NCBI GenBank assembly: GCA_018699755.1
Contig: JABIRQ010000089.1
Coordinates: forward strand, 1 to 33,537
Direction: 5' to 3'
Source: Rhodospirillaceae bacterium
GTDB lineage: Bacteria > Pseudomonadota > Alphaproteobacteria > CADEGL01
DNA: 33,537 nucleotides
Position numbers and translations under genes: made by a program. Each line of letters opens with the position of its first letter. The stretch's first letter is position 1. The notes beneath the pieces were generated by a model. That model was given only the letters and a program-made list of their open reading frames with translations. It made no database searches and was not told where the DNA came from. Below are positions 18,570-27,595 of the stretch, in pieces.

Positions 18570-19214
18570 CCCGCCCTTGGGGCCAAATGATTTGACGGTA
18601 ATGTTGAAAGCGATGGAGATGCGCTCGCCCGGCCCGTGATACGGGTTGACGTAGTGGTAGAGCCAGGCGGGAAAGACCAACATCAGACCGTTTTCGGGCT
18701 CGACCTTGTGCTTGCCGCCGAAAGGGCTGCCGGGCAGTTCGATCATGTCGGCGCCCAGGCGCGGCTCAAGAAATTCGATATAGCCGGTCTCATGGGCCTC
18801 GGGGTCCGGCTGGCCGACATCGACGTAATAGACCCCCGAAAAGGAACAACCCGGGTGGTTGTGAATCTTGTTGTAGTCGCCCTGGCGCGAGACGTTGGCC
18901 CAGGCGACGACCTGCAACTCGCCCTGCTGGGCCGCTCCTTTCTCCGCAGAAAGGATCTGAAGCATCCGGCGCGCCCCGCCTTGGATCCAGCGCTTGAAGA
19001 CCTGGATTTCGGGCTCGTTCCATTCCAGGAGATCGTCCTTGGAGTGCCAGCCGCCGACATTGCTGCGGCGGATCCCCTCCTCTGCCACGGCGCGGGCCAG
19101 GACGATCTCGCGCAAGCGCGGATTGACCGCCTCCGCCTCCGGCGCTTGGTAGCGCACGATCGGTGTCGGAAAAGCAAGGACGGAACCGTCCTTCAGCTTG
19201 ATTTCAAGGGGCAT
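18555..19214 (-). CDS. 2OG-Fe(II) oxygenase-like protein (TIGR02466 / 2OG-FeII_Oxy_5-like), 219 aa
   Basis: Start at MPLEIKL (ATG 19214). NVSRQGDYNKIHNHPG.SFSGVYYV and LVFPAWLYHYVNP match the conserved core of this family. The 3' end overlaps the convergent isomerase gene by 15 nt. Confidence 0.75.
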   Translation of the reverse strand: MPLEIKLKDGSVLAFPTPIVRYQAPEAEAVNPRLREIVLARAVAEEGIRRSNVGGWHSKDDLLEWNEPEIQVFKRWIQGGARRMLQILSAEKGAAQQGELQVVAWANVSRQGDYNKIHNHPGCSFSGVYYVDVGQPDPEAHETGYIEFLEPRLGADMIELPGSPFGGKHKVEPENGLMLVFPAWLYHYVNPYHGPGERISIAFNITVKSFGPKGGSQTK

Positions 19215-19409
19215 GGCGGGGCCGGCGATCCAGATGATTGGAGTGGCGCGCCAGTGTCCTGCCGTACGTCTGATTTGCCAAGCCTTGCCGCCCGTCGGCG
19301 CGGCCACATTAACAGGGACGTTGCGGCCCGGCCCCCCTTGCGCTAATCGAAGGGCCGGCCGCCCATCCGGCGTGCCAATCCCATATCGGTTCAAAGATCG
19401 GGGGCCGCC

Positions 19410-21209
19410 TTGCACCGCTATCGCACCCATACCTGCAACGACCTGCGCGAAAGCCATGTCGGCGAGACCGTGCGTCTATCCGGCTGGGTCCATCGAAGAC
19501 GCGATCATGGCCAGCTCCTCTTCGTCGATCTGCGCGACCATTTCGGCATCACCCAATGCGTGATCGATGTCGGCAGCCCGCTCTTCGCCAAGGCCGATGC
19601 TCTGCGCAACGAAAGCGTGGTTCGAGTCGAAGGGCCGGTCGTCGCCCGCTCCGAAGAGACGATCAACGACGGCCTTGCCACCGGCCGGGTGGAGGTCCGA
19701 ATTGCGGACCTCGAGGTGCTTTCTGCGGCCGAGACGCTGCCTTTCCCGGTCAACAGCGATGCCGACTACCCCGAGGACATGCGGCTGCGTTACCGCTTCC
19801 TCGATCTGCGGCGCGAGGAGAACCATCGCAACATCATCCTGCGCGCACGGATCATTGACAGCATCCGCCGGCGCATGGTCGACGCGAGCTTCCAGGAATT
19901 CCAGACCCCGATCCTGACTGCGACCTCGCCCGAGGGCGCGCGCGATTTTCTCGTGCCCAGCCGCCTGCATCCGGGCAAGTTCTACGCCCTGCCGCAGGCG
20001 CCCCAACAGTTCAAGCAGCTCATCATGTGTTCGGGCTTCGACCGCTATTTCCAGATCGCGCCCTGCTTCCGCGACGAAGACAGTCGCGCCGACCGGTCGC
20101 CGGGCGAGTTCTACCAGCTCGACCTCGAAATGGCCTTCGTCGAGGAGAACGACGTCCTGACGGCGGTCGAGCCCGTGCTGCACGGTGTCTACGACGAATT
20201 CTCGGACGCGGCGCTGACGCCGATGCCCTGGCCGCGCATCCCCTACGCCGAATCCATGATGAAATACGGCAACGACAAGCCGGATCTGCGCAACCCCCTC
20301 GTCATCGCCGACGTGACGGAAGCCTTCCGAGGCTCGGACTTCAAGATTTTCGCAGGACAGATCGAAAAAGGCGCGGTGGTGCGGGCCGTGCCCGCACCGA
20401 AGGCGCAGGATCGGCCGCGTTCCTTCTTCGACAAGATGAACGATTGGGCACGCGAACAGGGCGCCCCGGGCATGGGCTGGATCGTCTTCGAAAAAGGCGG
20501 CGGGCGCGGTCCGATCGCCAAGAATCTGAGCGACGAGCGCCTCGCTTTGTTGAAGAAATTGGCGGGAGTTGGCGAAGGCGATGCGCTGTTTTTCGCCTGC
20601 GATCGCGAGAGCGGCGCGGCGCGGCTGGCCGGGCTCGCCCGCGATAAGGTGGGGCAGGACCTCGACTTGCTCGAGAAGGACGCGTTCCGGTTCTGTTGGG
20701 TCGTCGACTATCCGATGTACGAAATGGACGAGGAAACCGGCCGGATCGATTTCAGCCACAACCCCTTTTCCATGCCCCAGGGCGGTCTCGAAGCTCTGGA
20801 GAGCAAGGAACCGCTCGACGTCCTGGCCCATCAATACGATGTCGTCTGCAATGGGGTGGAGCTGGGCAGCGGCGCGATTCGGAACCATCTGCCGGACGTG
20901 ATGGTGAAAGCGTTCGGAATTGTCGGCTACGGCCGCGAAACGGTGGAAAGCAGCTTCCCGGCCCTGCTGAACGCCTTCAAATACGGCGCGCCGCCCCATG
21001 GCGGGCTGGCCCCCGGGGTCGACCGGATGGTGATGCAGATCGCCGATCTACCGAATATCCGCGAAGGGATCCTCTTCCCCATGAACCAACGGGCCGAGGA
21101 CTTGCTGATGGGGGCGCCCGCGGCCCCCGACGACAAGCAACTCGAGGAATTGCACATCCGCGTGCATCTGCCGCCCGAGTTGCGCGAGACGCCCCCAGCC
21201 AAGGACTAG
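19410..21209 (+). CDS. aspS: Aspartate--tRNA ligase, 599 aa (TTG start)
   Basis: N-terminus [12 protein letters not shown]...[18 protein letters not shown]. Class-II motifs [11 protein letters not shown] and GSGAIRNH, with GLAPGVDRM near the end. Confidence 0.95.
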   Translation: MHRYRTHTCNDLRESHVGETVRLSGWVHRRRDHGQLLFVDLRDHFGITQCVIDVGSPLFAKADALRNESVVRVEGPVVARSEETINDGLATGRVEVRIADLEVLSAAETLPFPVNSDADYPEDMRLRYRFLDLRREENHRNIILRARIIDSIRRRMVDASFQEFQTPILTATSPEGARDFLVPSRLHPGKFYALPQAPQQFKQLIMCSGFDRYFQIAPCFRDEDSRADRSPGEFYQLDLEMAFVEENDVLTAVEPVLHGVYDEFSDAALTPMPWPRIPYAESMMKYGNDKPDLRNPLVIADVTEAFRGSDFKIFAGQIEKGAVVRAVPAPKAQDRPRSFFDKMNDWAREQGAPGMGWIVFEKGGGRGPIAKNLSDERLALLKKLAGVGEGDALFFACDRESGAARLAGLARDKVGQDLDLLEKDAFRFCWVVDYPMYEMDEETGRIDFSHNPFSMPQGGLEALESKEPLDVLAHQYDVVCNGVELGSGAIRNHLPDVMVKAFGIVGYGRETVESSFPALLNAFKYGAPPHGGLAPGVDRMVMQIADLPNIREGILFPMNQRAEDLLMGAPAAPDDKQLEELHIRVHLPPELRETPPAKD

Positions 21210-21221
21210 CCGGCGCGAATC

Positions 21222-22700
21222 TCAGGCGGCTGCGGGGCGGTTCAGTTCGCCTCGCCGCAGGGCGCGGCCCGGTCTGTCGCCGGTATGGCTTCCTCCCCGC
21301 CAGACGATCCGCCCGTTCACCATCACCAGCGCGATTCCGTCGGCCGGCTGTTTCGGATCGTCGAAACTGGCACGGTCTATCACGGTCGCGGGGTCGAACA
21401 GGACAAGGTCGGCAAAACCTCCTTCCCGCACCACGCCCCGATCCTTGAGGCCGAAGCGTTCGGCGGGATAGGCGGTCATGCGACGCACCGCTTCCTCCAG
21501 CTCGAACAGGCCCAGATCGCGGCAATAGTGGCCGAGCACACGGGGGAAGGTGCCCCAGAGGCGGGGATGCGGATGGGTGTCGTTGGGTAGGCCATCGGAG
21601 CCGATCATCGCCCGGGGGTGGGACAGGATGCGCCGCACGTCTTCTTCGTCCATGGAGAAATAGATCGCGCCGGCCGGTTGCAGGCGGTCGATCGCCTCGT
21701 CCACCGAGCAGCCGAGTTCGGCCGCGACGTCCTCCAGGTCCCGGCCCTGGGCGGTGGGCATGGGAACCGACCAGGCGATCATGATGCGCTGGGCCTTTGC
21801 GCAGAACTCCCGTAGCAGCACGGTCGAGGACGCCGTATAGGGGTAGACGTCCAGGGCAACCGGCTGGCGCCGCGCCGCGCTGTCGATATGCCGGAGGGTC
21901 TCCGGGCTTCGCCCGAAATTCTTGATGCCGTGAACCTTGTGATGGGAGATGACCACGGGCGCCCCGGTCTCGCGCCCGATCAGGAAGGATTCGTCCAGCG
22001 CCGCCATCACATGCTCGCCCTCGTCGCGCATATGGGTGCAATAGAGGGCGCCGTAATCCGTTAGCGCCTTGGCGATACCGACGATTTCCTCCGTCGGCGC
22101 GGCCGCGGCCGGCGGGTAGTTGAGGCCCGTGCTGAACCCAACGGCGCCCGCGTCCAGGGATTCCGCCAGTCGGTCGCGCATGACCGCGATCTCCGCCTCG
22201 GTCGCCGCCCGGTCCAGGCTGTCCATCGCGCCGACCCGCAAGGTCGAATGGCCGGTCAGGCACGCGGCGTTGAGCGAAGGCGGATCCTTATCGAGACCGT
22301 CCAGGAAATCGACGAATCCGCCGAAGCGCCATTGGCCGTCGCCGGCGACAAGGTCGAGCGGCGGCGGCGGACGTCCGTCGATCGCCAAGGGAGCCAGACT
22401 CACCCCGCAATTGCCGACCACCACCGTGGTCACGCCCTGGCTGACTTTGGGCGTCATCTCGGGCGTGTTCAGCAAGGCAAAATCGTCATGGGTATGGACG
22501 TCGATGAAACCGGGCGCGAGGACGAGGCCCGAAGCGTCGATCATGCGTCCGGCCGAAACCTGCGCGAGATCGCCAAGCGCCACGACGCGATCGTCGGTCA
22601 CCGCGACATCGGCCCGGCGGCGCGGCGCACCGCTGCCGTCGATCAGGTCCGCGCCCCGAATCAGAACATCGCAGGATGTGGGAAGAGTCGAATCGGCCAT
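21222..22700 (-). CDS. N-acyl-D-amino-acid deacylase (D-aminoacylase, amidohydrolase superfamily), 492 aa
   Basis: DVLIRGADLIDGSG...GFIDVHTHDD N-terminal metal motif, and a family-typical C-terminus ADLVLFDP..V.D.A.F. ATG at 22700 chosen; an alternative start lies 7 codons upstream at 22721. Confidence 0.88.
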   Translation of the reverse strand: MADSTLPTSCDVLIRGADLIDGSGAPRRRADVAVTDDRVVALGDLAQVSAGRMIDASGLVLAPGFIDVHTHDDFALLNTPEMTPKVSQGVTTVVVGNCGVSLAPLAIDGRPPPPLDLVAGDGQWRFGGFVDFLDGLDKDPPSLNAACLTGHSTLRVGAMDSLDRAATEAEIAVMRDRLAESLDAGAVGFSTGLNYPPAAAAPTEEIVGIAKALTDYGALYCTHMRDEGEHVMAALDESFLIGRETGAPVVISHHKVHGIKNFGRSPETLRHIDSAARRQPVALDVYPYTASSTVLLREFCAKAQRIMIAWSVPMPTAQGRDLEDVAAELGCSVDEAIDRLQPAGAIYFSMDEEDVRRILSHPRAMIGSDGLPNDTHPHPRLWGTFPRVLGHYCRDLGLFELEEAVRRMTAYPAERFGLKDRGVVREGGFADLVLFDPATVIDRASFDDPKQPADGIALVMVNGRIVWRGGSHTGDRPGRALRRGELNRPAAA

Positions 22701-22800
22701 GGCGTCACCTCCGACCGGCACTCTAGCCGAGGAGACCGCGCCGATCAGTACGGGAAAGGCGGGAAATTGTAGGATGGGAGGGAGAGAAAGGGAGGAAAGT

Positions 22801-23826
22801 ATGAGCCAACGCTGGACGCATCGGCCGGAGGGATCGAATTGGGGGGATTTCGGGGCGGACGATCAATTGGGCCGTCTCAACCTGCTGACGCGGGAGAAGG
22901 TTCTCCAGGGCGTCGCCGAAGTGAAGGAAGGGCGCGCCTTCTGCCTGAGCCTGCCGCTGGACTATCCGGGCGGCAATCTGTTGAGTCCGGGCCGCCATCC
23001 GCCGGAACTGCGCGCCGCCATGCGCGACGGTCAGCCCTTCATGAACTTCCCGTTGAGCCACCGGGACCCGCATTTCACGGATGTGGTCTGCGACGACATG
23101 GTGCTGATCCACCTCCAGTATTCGAGCCAGTGGGATTCCCTCGCCCATATGGGCAGCCTGTTCGACGCCGATGGCGATGGGGAGGCCGAGATGGTCTTCT
23201 ACAACGGCTACCGCGCGGGCGAGCACGTCAAAGGCCCGAACGAGGAGGCCGGTCCAGGCGCGCTGTCGCTCGGCATCGAAACCATGGCGGAAACGAGCGT
23301 GCAGGGCCGCGGCGTGATGGTCGATCTCCACGCCCATTTCGGCCGTGCGAGAGAGCAGGTCGGCTATGACAGCCTGATGAGGGTCATGGAGACGGATTCG
23401 GTGACGGTCGAGTCCGGCGACATGCTCTGCCTGCACACCGGCTTCGGCGCGATGCTGCTCGAGCTCGAGCGCAATCCCGATTGGGACAGTCTCCATAACT
23501 CATGCAGCGTGCTCGACGGCCATGACGAGCGCCTGCTGGAATGGATCACCGATAGCGGCATCGCGACGATCTGCACGGACAACTTCGCCGTCGAGGAATA
23601 CCCGAAGGTCGGCGAGGAATTGTCCCTGGACCGCCAGCAGGCGGCCTATCCGATTCACGAACACTGCCTGTTCAAGCTCGGCCTGCCGCTGGCGGAACTC
23701 TGGCACCTGACCGAACTGGCGGGCTGGCTGCGCGCCAACCACCGCAGCCGCTTCCTGCTGACCGCCCCGCCGCTGCGCCTCCCAGGCGCCGTCGGCTCTC
23801 CTGTGACGCCGGTGGCGACGGTTTAG
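22801..23826 (+). CDS. Cyclase-family protein (kynurenine-formamidase-like metal hydrolase fold), 341 aa
   Basis: GDFGADDQLGRLNLLT N-terminus, HLQYSSQWDSLAH and DNFAVE blocks resemble the putative cyclase family. A strong purine-rich SD (GGGAGGAAAG) precedes ATG 22801. Confidence 0.7.
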   Translation: MSQRWTHRPEGSNWGDFGADDQLGRLNLLTREKVLQGVAEVKEGRAFCLSLPLDYPGGNLLSPGRHPPELRAAMRDGQPFMNFPLSHRDPHFTDVVCDDMVLIHLQYSSQWDSLAHMGSLFDADGDGEAEMVFYNGYRAGEHVKGPNEEAGPGALSLGIETMAETSVQGRGVMVDLHAHFGRAREQVGYDSLMRVMETDSVTVESGDMLCLHTGFGAMLLELERNPDWDSLHNSCSVLDGHDERLLEWITDSGIATICTDNFAVEEYPKVGEELSLDRQQAAYPIHEHCLFKLGLPLAELWHLTELAGWLRANHRSRFLLTAPPLRLPGAVGSPVTPVATV

Positions 23827-24227
23827 CCGCTCTTTGGCTCGGGCTCCTCGATCGGGCCGCCGGCCTCGCGCCAAGCGCCGAAACCGCCGCCGATATGGGC
23901 GACAGGTTTCAAGCCCATACGCTGGAGTTGCTGGGTGGCCAGGGCCGAGCGCAGCCCGCCGGCGCAGAACAGCACGAACTCCTTGCCGGAGCCGAAGAGC
24001 TCGTTGTAGTAGGGGCTTTCCGGGTCGACCCAGAATTCGAGCATGCCGCGCGGCGCATGGAAGGCGCCGGAAACCTTGCCTTCCCGCCGAAGTTCGCGAA
24101 CGTCGCGGATATCGATGAACTGGACGTTCTCGTCGCCGAGCTTGGCCTTCGCTTCCTCCGCCGAATAGGTCTTGATCTCGGCTTCGGCTTCCGCGACCAA
24201 CTGCTTGTAACCGATTTCCATCGCCAT
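23823..24227 (-). CDS. Single-domain rhodanese-like sulfurtransferase, 134 aa
   Basis: IDIRDVRE...GAFHAPRG and active-site loop FCAGGLRS (CxxxxR). The 3' end overlaps the convergent cyclase gene by 4 nt. Confidence 0.85.
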   Translation of the reverse strand: MAMEIGYKQLVAEAEAEIKTYSAEEAKAKLGDENVQFIDIRDVRELRREGKVSGAFHAPRGMLEFWVDPESPYYNELFGSGKEFVLFCAGGLRSALATQQLQRMGLKPVAHIGGGFGAWREAGGPIEEPEPKSG

Positions 24228-24291
24228 TTTTCGACCCCTTCCGCGCTGCGCTCAGCCCTTGGTTTAGGCCGCGCGGGCATCGGATGCAACG

Positions 24292-24699
24292 TCAGGCGGC
24301 GAAGGCGTCGCGCAATTCCGCCAAACGACGTTCGAGCGTCTCCGGCGGGTAAACTGTGGGCGGCGCGGCACCCCAGATCGGCTTCGGCCAGGCGGCGTCT
24401 TCGGTAAACCGCGCGATCGCATGGACATGCAACTGCGCAACGCTGTTGCCCAGGGCGGCAACATTCAGCTTGTGCGGCGAATAGAGCCGTTCGAGCACAT
24501 CCGTCGCGCGCACGATCTCGTCCATCAGGCTTGCCCGGTCCGCCGGTTCCAACTCGCGGATTTCCCGAATGCCCGGACGTTCGGGCACCAGGATCAACCA
24601 GGGATAGTTGGCATCGCGCGAAAGCAGCACGCGGCACAGGGCCAGACGGCAGACATCCTCGGTATCAGCGGCGAGGCGCGGGTCGAGATCGAACACCAT
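24292..24699 (-). CDS. HIT-family protein, 135 aa
   Basis: Start at MVFDLDPRL (ATG 24699). YPWLILVPER and a partial histidine triad QLHVHAIAR. Confidence 0.85.
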   Translation of the reverse strand: MVFDLDPRLAADTEDVCRLALCRVLLSRDANYPWLILVPERPGIREIRELEPADRASLMDEIVRATDVLERLYSPHKLNVAALGNSVAQLHVHAIARFTEDAAWPKPIWGAAPPTVYPPETLERRLAELRDAFAA

Positions 24700-25705
24700 G
24701 GCACTCCGGTCGGTCGGTACAGGCCGGGTCAGCCTGCCCCAGTATCCAGCCTTCGATTGCGCGCGCAACCCGGCCAGTCGGATCGCCGGGCGGGCGATGC
24801 CCGAGAAGGACGTTCAGCATGCCGAACAGGCCGACGACCGAATCGAACCGGTCTTCTCCCGCCGCATCCGCGCCGAAACCATCCTGGATGGCCAGGATCA
24901 GGTCCGGATCCAGCTCGACATCGACCTTGTCGGCCCAATCCAGCAACGGCCGCGCGGCGCCGGACCGACTGGCCTGAACCCGCTTGCCGGTCCGGTCGCC
25001 CGCTCTCGGCGTCGGGAAACGGACGCCCAAATGGCCGTAGCACTCGCCTGGATAGGTCTCCGCAACAACCACTTGCCGCGTATCCAGCAAGTCGAACAAG
25101 GGGCCGTCAAAGGGCCAAAGCGCAACGTCCTGCGTGGGATCGCGAAGCGCGGGTTGCAGGCAATCGCGCCACCCGGCGATCATGCCCTTGCCGACCTGGT
25201 TCGCGCCGAGGGTCCAGAACATCGGGCAAGCCGCCCGTCGCGTTTCCGTCGCATGATCGCAAGGCCGATAGAGGTCCGCCCGGTCGGACAATCCCAAGGC
25301 CTTCACCAACCAATCCTGACGAGCGCCCCCCTTGCCGACCGCCCCCTTCGGATAAAACGGCCGATGCGGTCCTATGTCCGAAACATCGGCTGCAACGTCG
25401 AAGAACCGCACCCATTCGCCCTTGCCCAGATCGGGCAAAAGCCCGGCAAAAGATTCGACTCCGGCCAATCGTGCATAGGCTGCCGGCAGACCGAGCGGAA
25501 AGTCGAAACCGACGAAGGCGTTTCCACCCTGCCCGGCAGCCTCGGCCATCTCCGCAAGAAAGCCGGACGCTTCCCCCACCGGCCGGGGCGTCTCGGCCTG
25601 ATAGCGTCCGTCCGATCTTCGGCGGGCGATGGCACACCACCGCTTGCCCGGATGGATGCTCCAATCCGCATGGACGACGATTTGGGGTGGGCGTCCCGCG
25701 CTCAC
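24665..25705 (-). CDS. Conserved hypothetical protein, DUF429-like (predicted RNase H-fold), 346 aa, GTG start
   Basis: Only the 3' part of the 658-aa ORF 24665..26641 was called. GTG at 25705-25703 overlaps the TGA (25704-25702) of the tartrate dehydrogenase gene. N-terminal VVHADWS, central VGFDFPLGLP, AETYPGECY and late EDRFDSVVG are reminiscent of DUF429. The family assignment is tentative. Confidence 0.6.
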   Translation of the reverse strand: MSAGRPPQIVVHADWSIHPGKRWCAIARRRSDGRYQAETPRPVGEASGFLAEMAEAAGQGGNAFVGFDFPLGLPAAYARLAGVESFAGLLPDLGKGEWVRFFDVAADVSDIGPHRPFYPKGAVGKGGARQDWLVKALGLSDRADLYRPCDHATETRRAACPMFWTLGANQVGKGMIAGWRDCLQPALRDPTQDVALWPFDGPLFDLLDTRQVVVAETYPGECYGHLGVRFPTPRAGDRTGKRVQASRSGAARPLLDWADKVDVELDPDLILAIQDGFGADAAGEDRFDSVVGLFGMLNVLLGHRPPGDPTGRVARAIEGWILGQADPACTDRPECHGVRSRPAPRR

Positions 25706-26781
25706 CCCGCGCGCGCGATCTCTTCTTCGATGGCCCGGCCGACTTCCTCGGTCGTCGCCTTTCCGCCCAGATCGCGGGTCTTGACCCCCTCGGCCACACT
25801 TGTGGCGATGCCCTCGTTGATCGCGGCCGCGGCATCGGCATGTCCCAAGGTCTCGAGCATCATGGCGCCCGACCAGATCTGTCCGACCGGGTTGGCGATA
25901 CCCTTGCCGGCAATGTCGGGAGCCGAGCCGTGGACCGGCTCGAACATCGAAGGCAGATCGCCTTCCGGATTGATGTTGCCGGAGGCCGCGATGCCGATAC
26001 TGCCGGCCACGGCAGGTCCCAAATCCGAAAGGATATCGCCGAACAGGTTGCTGCCGACGACCACATCGAACCAATCGGGATGCTGGACGAAATGGGCGGT
26101 CAGGATGTCGATATGGTACTGGTCCGTCGCGATATCGGGGTAATGCGCGGCCATCGCCGCGAACCGCTCGTCCCAATACGGCATGGTGTGGATGATACCG
26201 TTGGACTTGGTGGCGGAGGTAACGTGCTTGGCGGGCCGCGTCTGCGCCAATTCGAAGGCATAGCGCAGGATCCGGTCCACACCCTTGCGGGTGAAGATGG
26301 ATTCCTGCACGACCATCTCCTCCTCCGTCCCGACATAGAGACGGCCGCCGATCTCGGAATACTCGCCTTCGTTGTTCTCGCGCACGACGACGAAATCGAT
26401 GTCCTCGGGCGTGCGATCCGCAAGGGGCGATCGGACGCCCGGCAGCAATTTGACGGGCCGAACATTCGCGTATTGCCGCATGGCCCGGCGAATCGGGATC
26501 AACAGACCCCAAAGCGAAACATGGTCCGGTATGCCGGGCAGCCCGACCGCACCGAGAAAAATAGCATCGAACGCCTTCAACTGTTCGATCGCATCTTCCG
26601 GCATCATGCGCCCTGTCTCGCGGTAGCGCGCGCAGCTCCAATCGAGCGACGTCCAGTCGAATTCAATGCCGAACCGCCGTCCCGCGGCCTCGCAGGTGCG
26701 GATGCCTTCGGGCACGACCTCGGTCCCGATGCCATCGCCGGCGATAACCGCGATGCGGTATTTCTTTGCGTTGTCGCTCAC
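25702..26781 (-). CDS. Tartrate dehydrogenase/decarboxylase / D-malate dehydrogenase (isocitrate/isopropylmalate dehydrogenase family), 359 aa
   Basis: YRIAVIAGDGIG, RENNEGEYS, SNLFGDILSD and EPVHGSAPDIAGKGIANP are family hallmarks. Size and N-terminus fit the TDH/D-malate dehydrogenase subgroup rather than LeuB. Confidence 0.88.
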   Translation of the reverse strand: MSDNAKKYRIAVIAGDGIGTEVVPEGIRTCEAAGRRFGIEFDWTSLDWSCARYRETGRMMPEDAIEQLKAFDAIFLGAVGLPGIPDHVSLWGLLIPIRRAMRQYANVRPVKLLPGVRSPLADRTPEDIDFVVVRENNEGEYSEIGGRLYVGTEEEMVVQESIFTRKGVDRILRYAFELAQTRPAKHVTSATKSNGIIHTMPYWDERFAAMAAHYPDIATDQYHIDILTAHFVQHPDWFDVVVGSNLFGDILSDLGPAVAGSIGIAASGNINPEGDLPSMFEPVHGSAPDIAGKGIANPVGQIWSGAMMLETLGHADAAAAINEGIATSVAEGVKTRDLGGKATTEEVGRAIEEEIARAG

Positions 26782-26791
26782 GTATGCGCCC

Positions 26792-27547
26792 TCAACCCAT
26801 GAACATGCCGCCGTTCACCCGGATCGTCTGACCCGTGATATAGGCGGCCTCATCGGAAGCGAGAAAGCACATGGCGTTCGCCACGTCCATCGGATCACCG
26901 TAGCGCTTCATCGGAATCATCTTAAGGGCAGCGTCTTTTCCCTCCTGGTCGATGGTCTCGAACATTTCGGTGGCAATATAGCCGGGAGAAACCGCGTTAA
27001 CGGTCACACCCTTATCCGCCACCTCGGTGGCAATGGCCCGCATCATATTCGCGACGCCCGCCTTCGCCGCGGTACAGGCGGTCATCTTGTTGGGGCCGAA
27101 ATCGTATTTCTCGGAGATGATCGAAGTCGTGGCCAGAAGGCGACCGTATCCGCGCTCGATCATTTGGGGCAGACAAGCCTGAGACAGATGAAAATAGGCG
27201 TCGAGCATGTTGTGGGTCGCGGCGTGCCAATCTTCCTCGGTGTGGTCGAGGAACGGCTTGTCGATAATGACGCCGGCATTGGCGACAACAATGTCCAGCA
27301 CGCCAAAATGTTCGGTGGCCTTGTCAACCAAGCGCCGCGCTTCGGCCCGGTCGCCCACATCGGCCGGAATCACGACCACCTCCCCGCCTTCTTCGCGCAA
27401 GGCTTCGGCGGCGGCCTCGGCGAGTTCGATCGAGCGCACGCAGTTCAGCGCAACCTTCGCACCCGCGCGCACGAACCGCGCCGCGATGGCCCGTCCGATC
27501 CCCCGCGCGCTGCCAGTGATCAACGCGGATTTTCCGCTCAAATTCAT
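26792..27547 (-). CDS. SDR-family oxidoreductase (FabG-like) with atypical active site, 251 aa
   Basis: Cofactor motif ITGSARGIGRAIA and NAGV are present. The expected YxxxK position reads CTAAK (ACTAAKAGV). Confidence 0.88.
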   Translation of the reverse strand: MNLSGKSALITGSARGIGRAIAARFVRAGAKVALNCVRSIELAEAAAEALREEGGEVVVIPADVGDRAEARRLVDKATEHFGVLDIVVANAGVIIDKPFLDHTEEDWHAATHNMLDAYFHLSQACLPQMIERGYGRLLATTSIISEKYDFGPNKMTACTAAKAGVANMMRAIATEVADKGVTVNAVSPGYIATEMFETIDQEGKDAALKMIPMKRYGDPMDVANAMCFLASDEAAYITGQTIRVNGGMFMG

Positions 27548-27595
27548 CTCGCCCTCCCTTCGTATCCCGACCGGAATGGTAGCAATCGAAGGGCG

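Noticed and set aside
19215-19409. Imperfect GC hairpin (CGGCCCGGCCC..GGGCCGGCCG) in the aspS leader as a regulatory RNA
   Set aside because: The stem is imperfect with a 14-nt loop, has no T-tract and has no T-box-like specifier features. This is insufficient evidence for anything beyond an ordinary GC-rich leader.
20977-22263. 428-aa minus-strand ORF
   Set aside because: It is an out-of-frame overlap with the D-aminoacylase gene and the aspS 3' end, with an Arg/Pro/Gly-rich product. The D-aminoacylase frame carries the real motifs.
25706-26641. N-terminal 312 codons of the 658-aa ORF 24665..26641(-)
   Set aside because: This part is an alternative frame of the tartrate dehydrogenase gene, and its translation is Arg/Gly/Pro-rich nonsense. 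Only the part after the GTG at 25705 looks like a real protein.
24421-26802. 793-aa plus-strand ORF (and the nested 511-aa ORF 24608..26143)
   Set aside because: It is antisense to the HIT, DUF429-like and tartrate dehydrogenase genes. The translation is Arg/Pro-rich with no domain signature.
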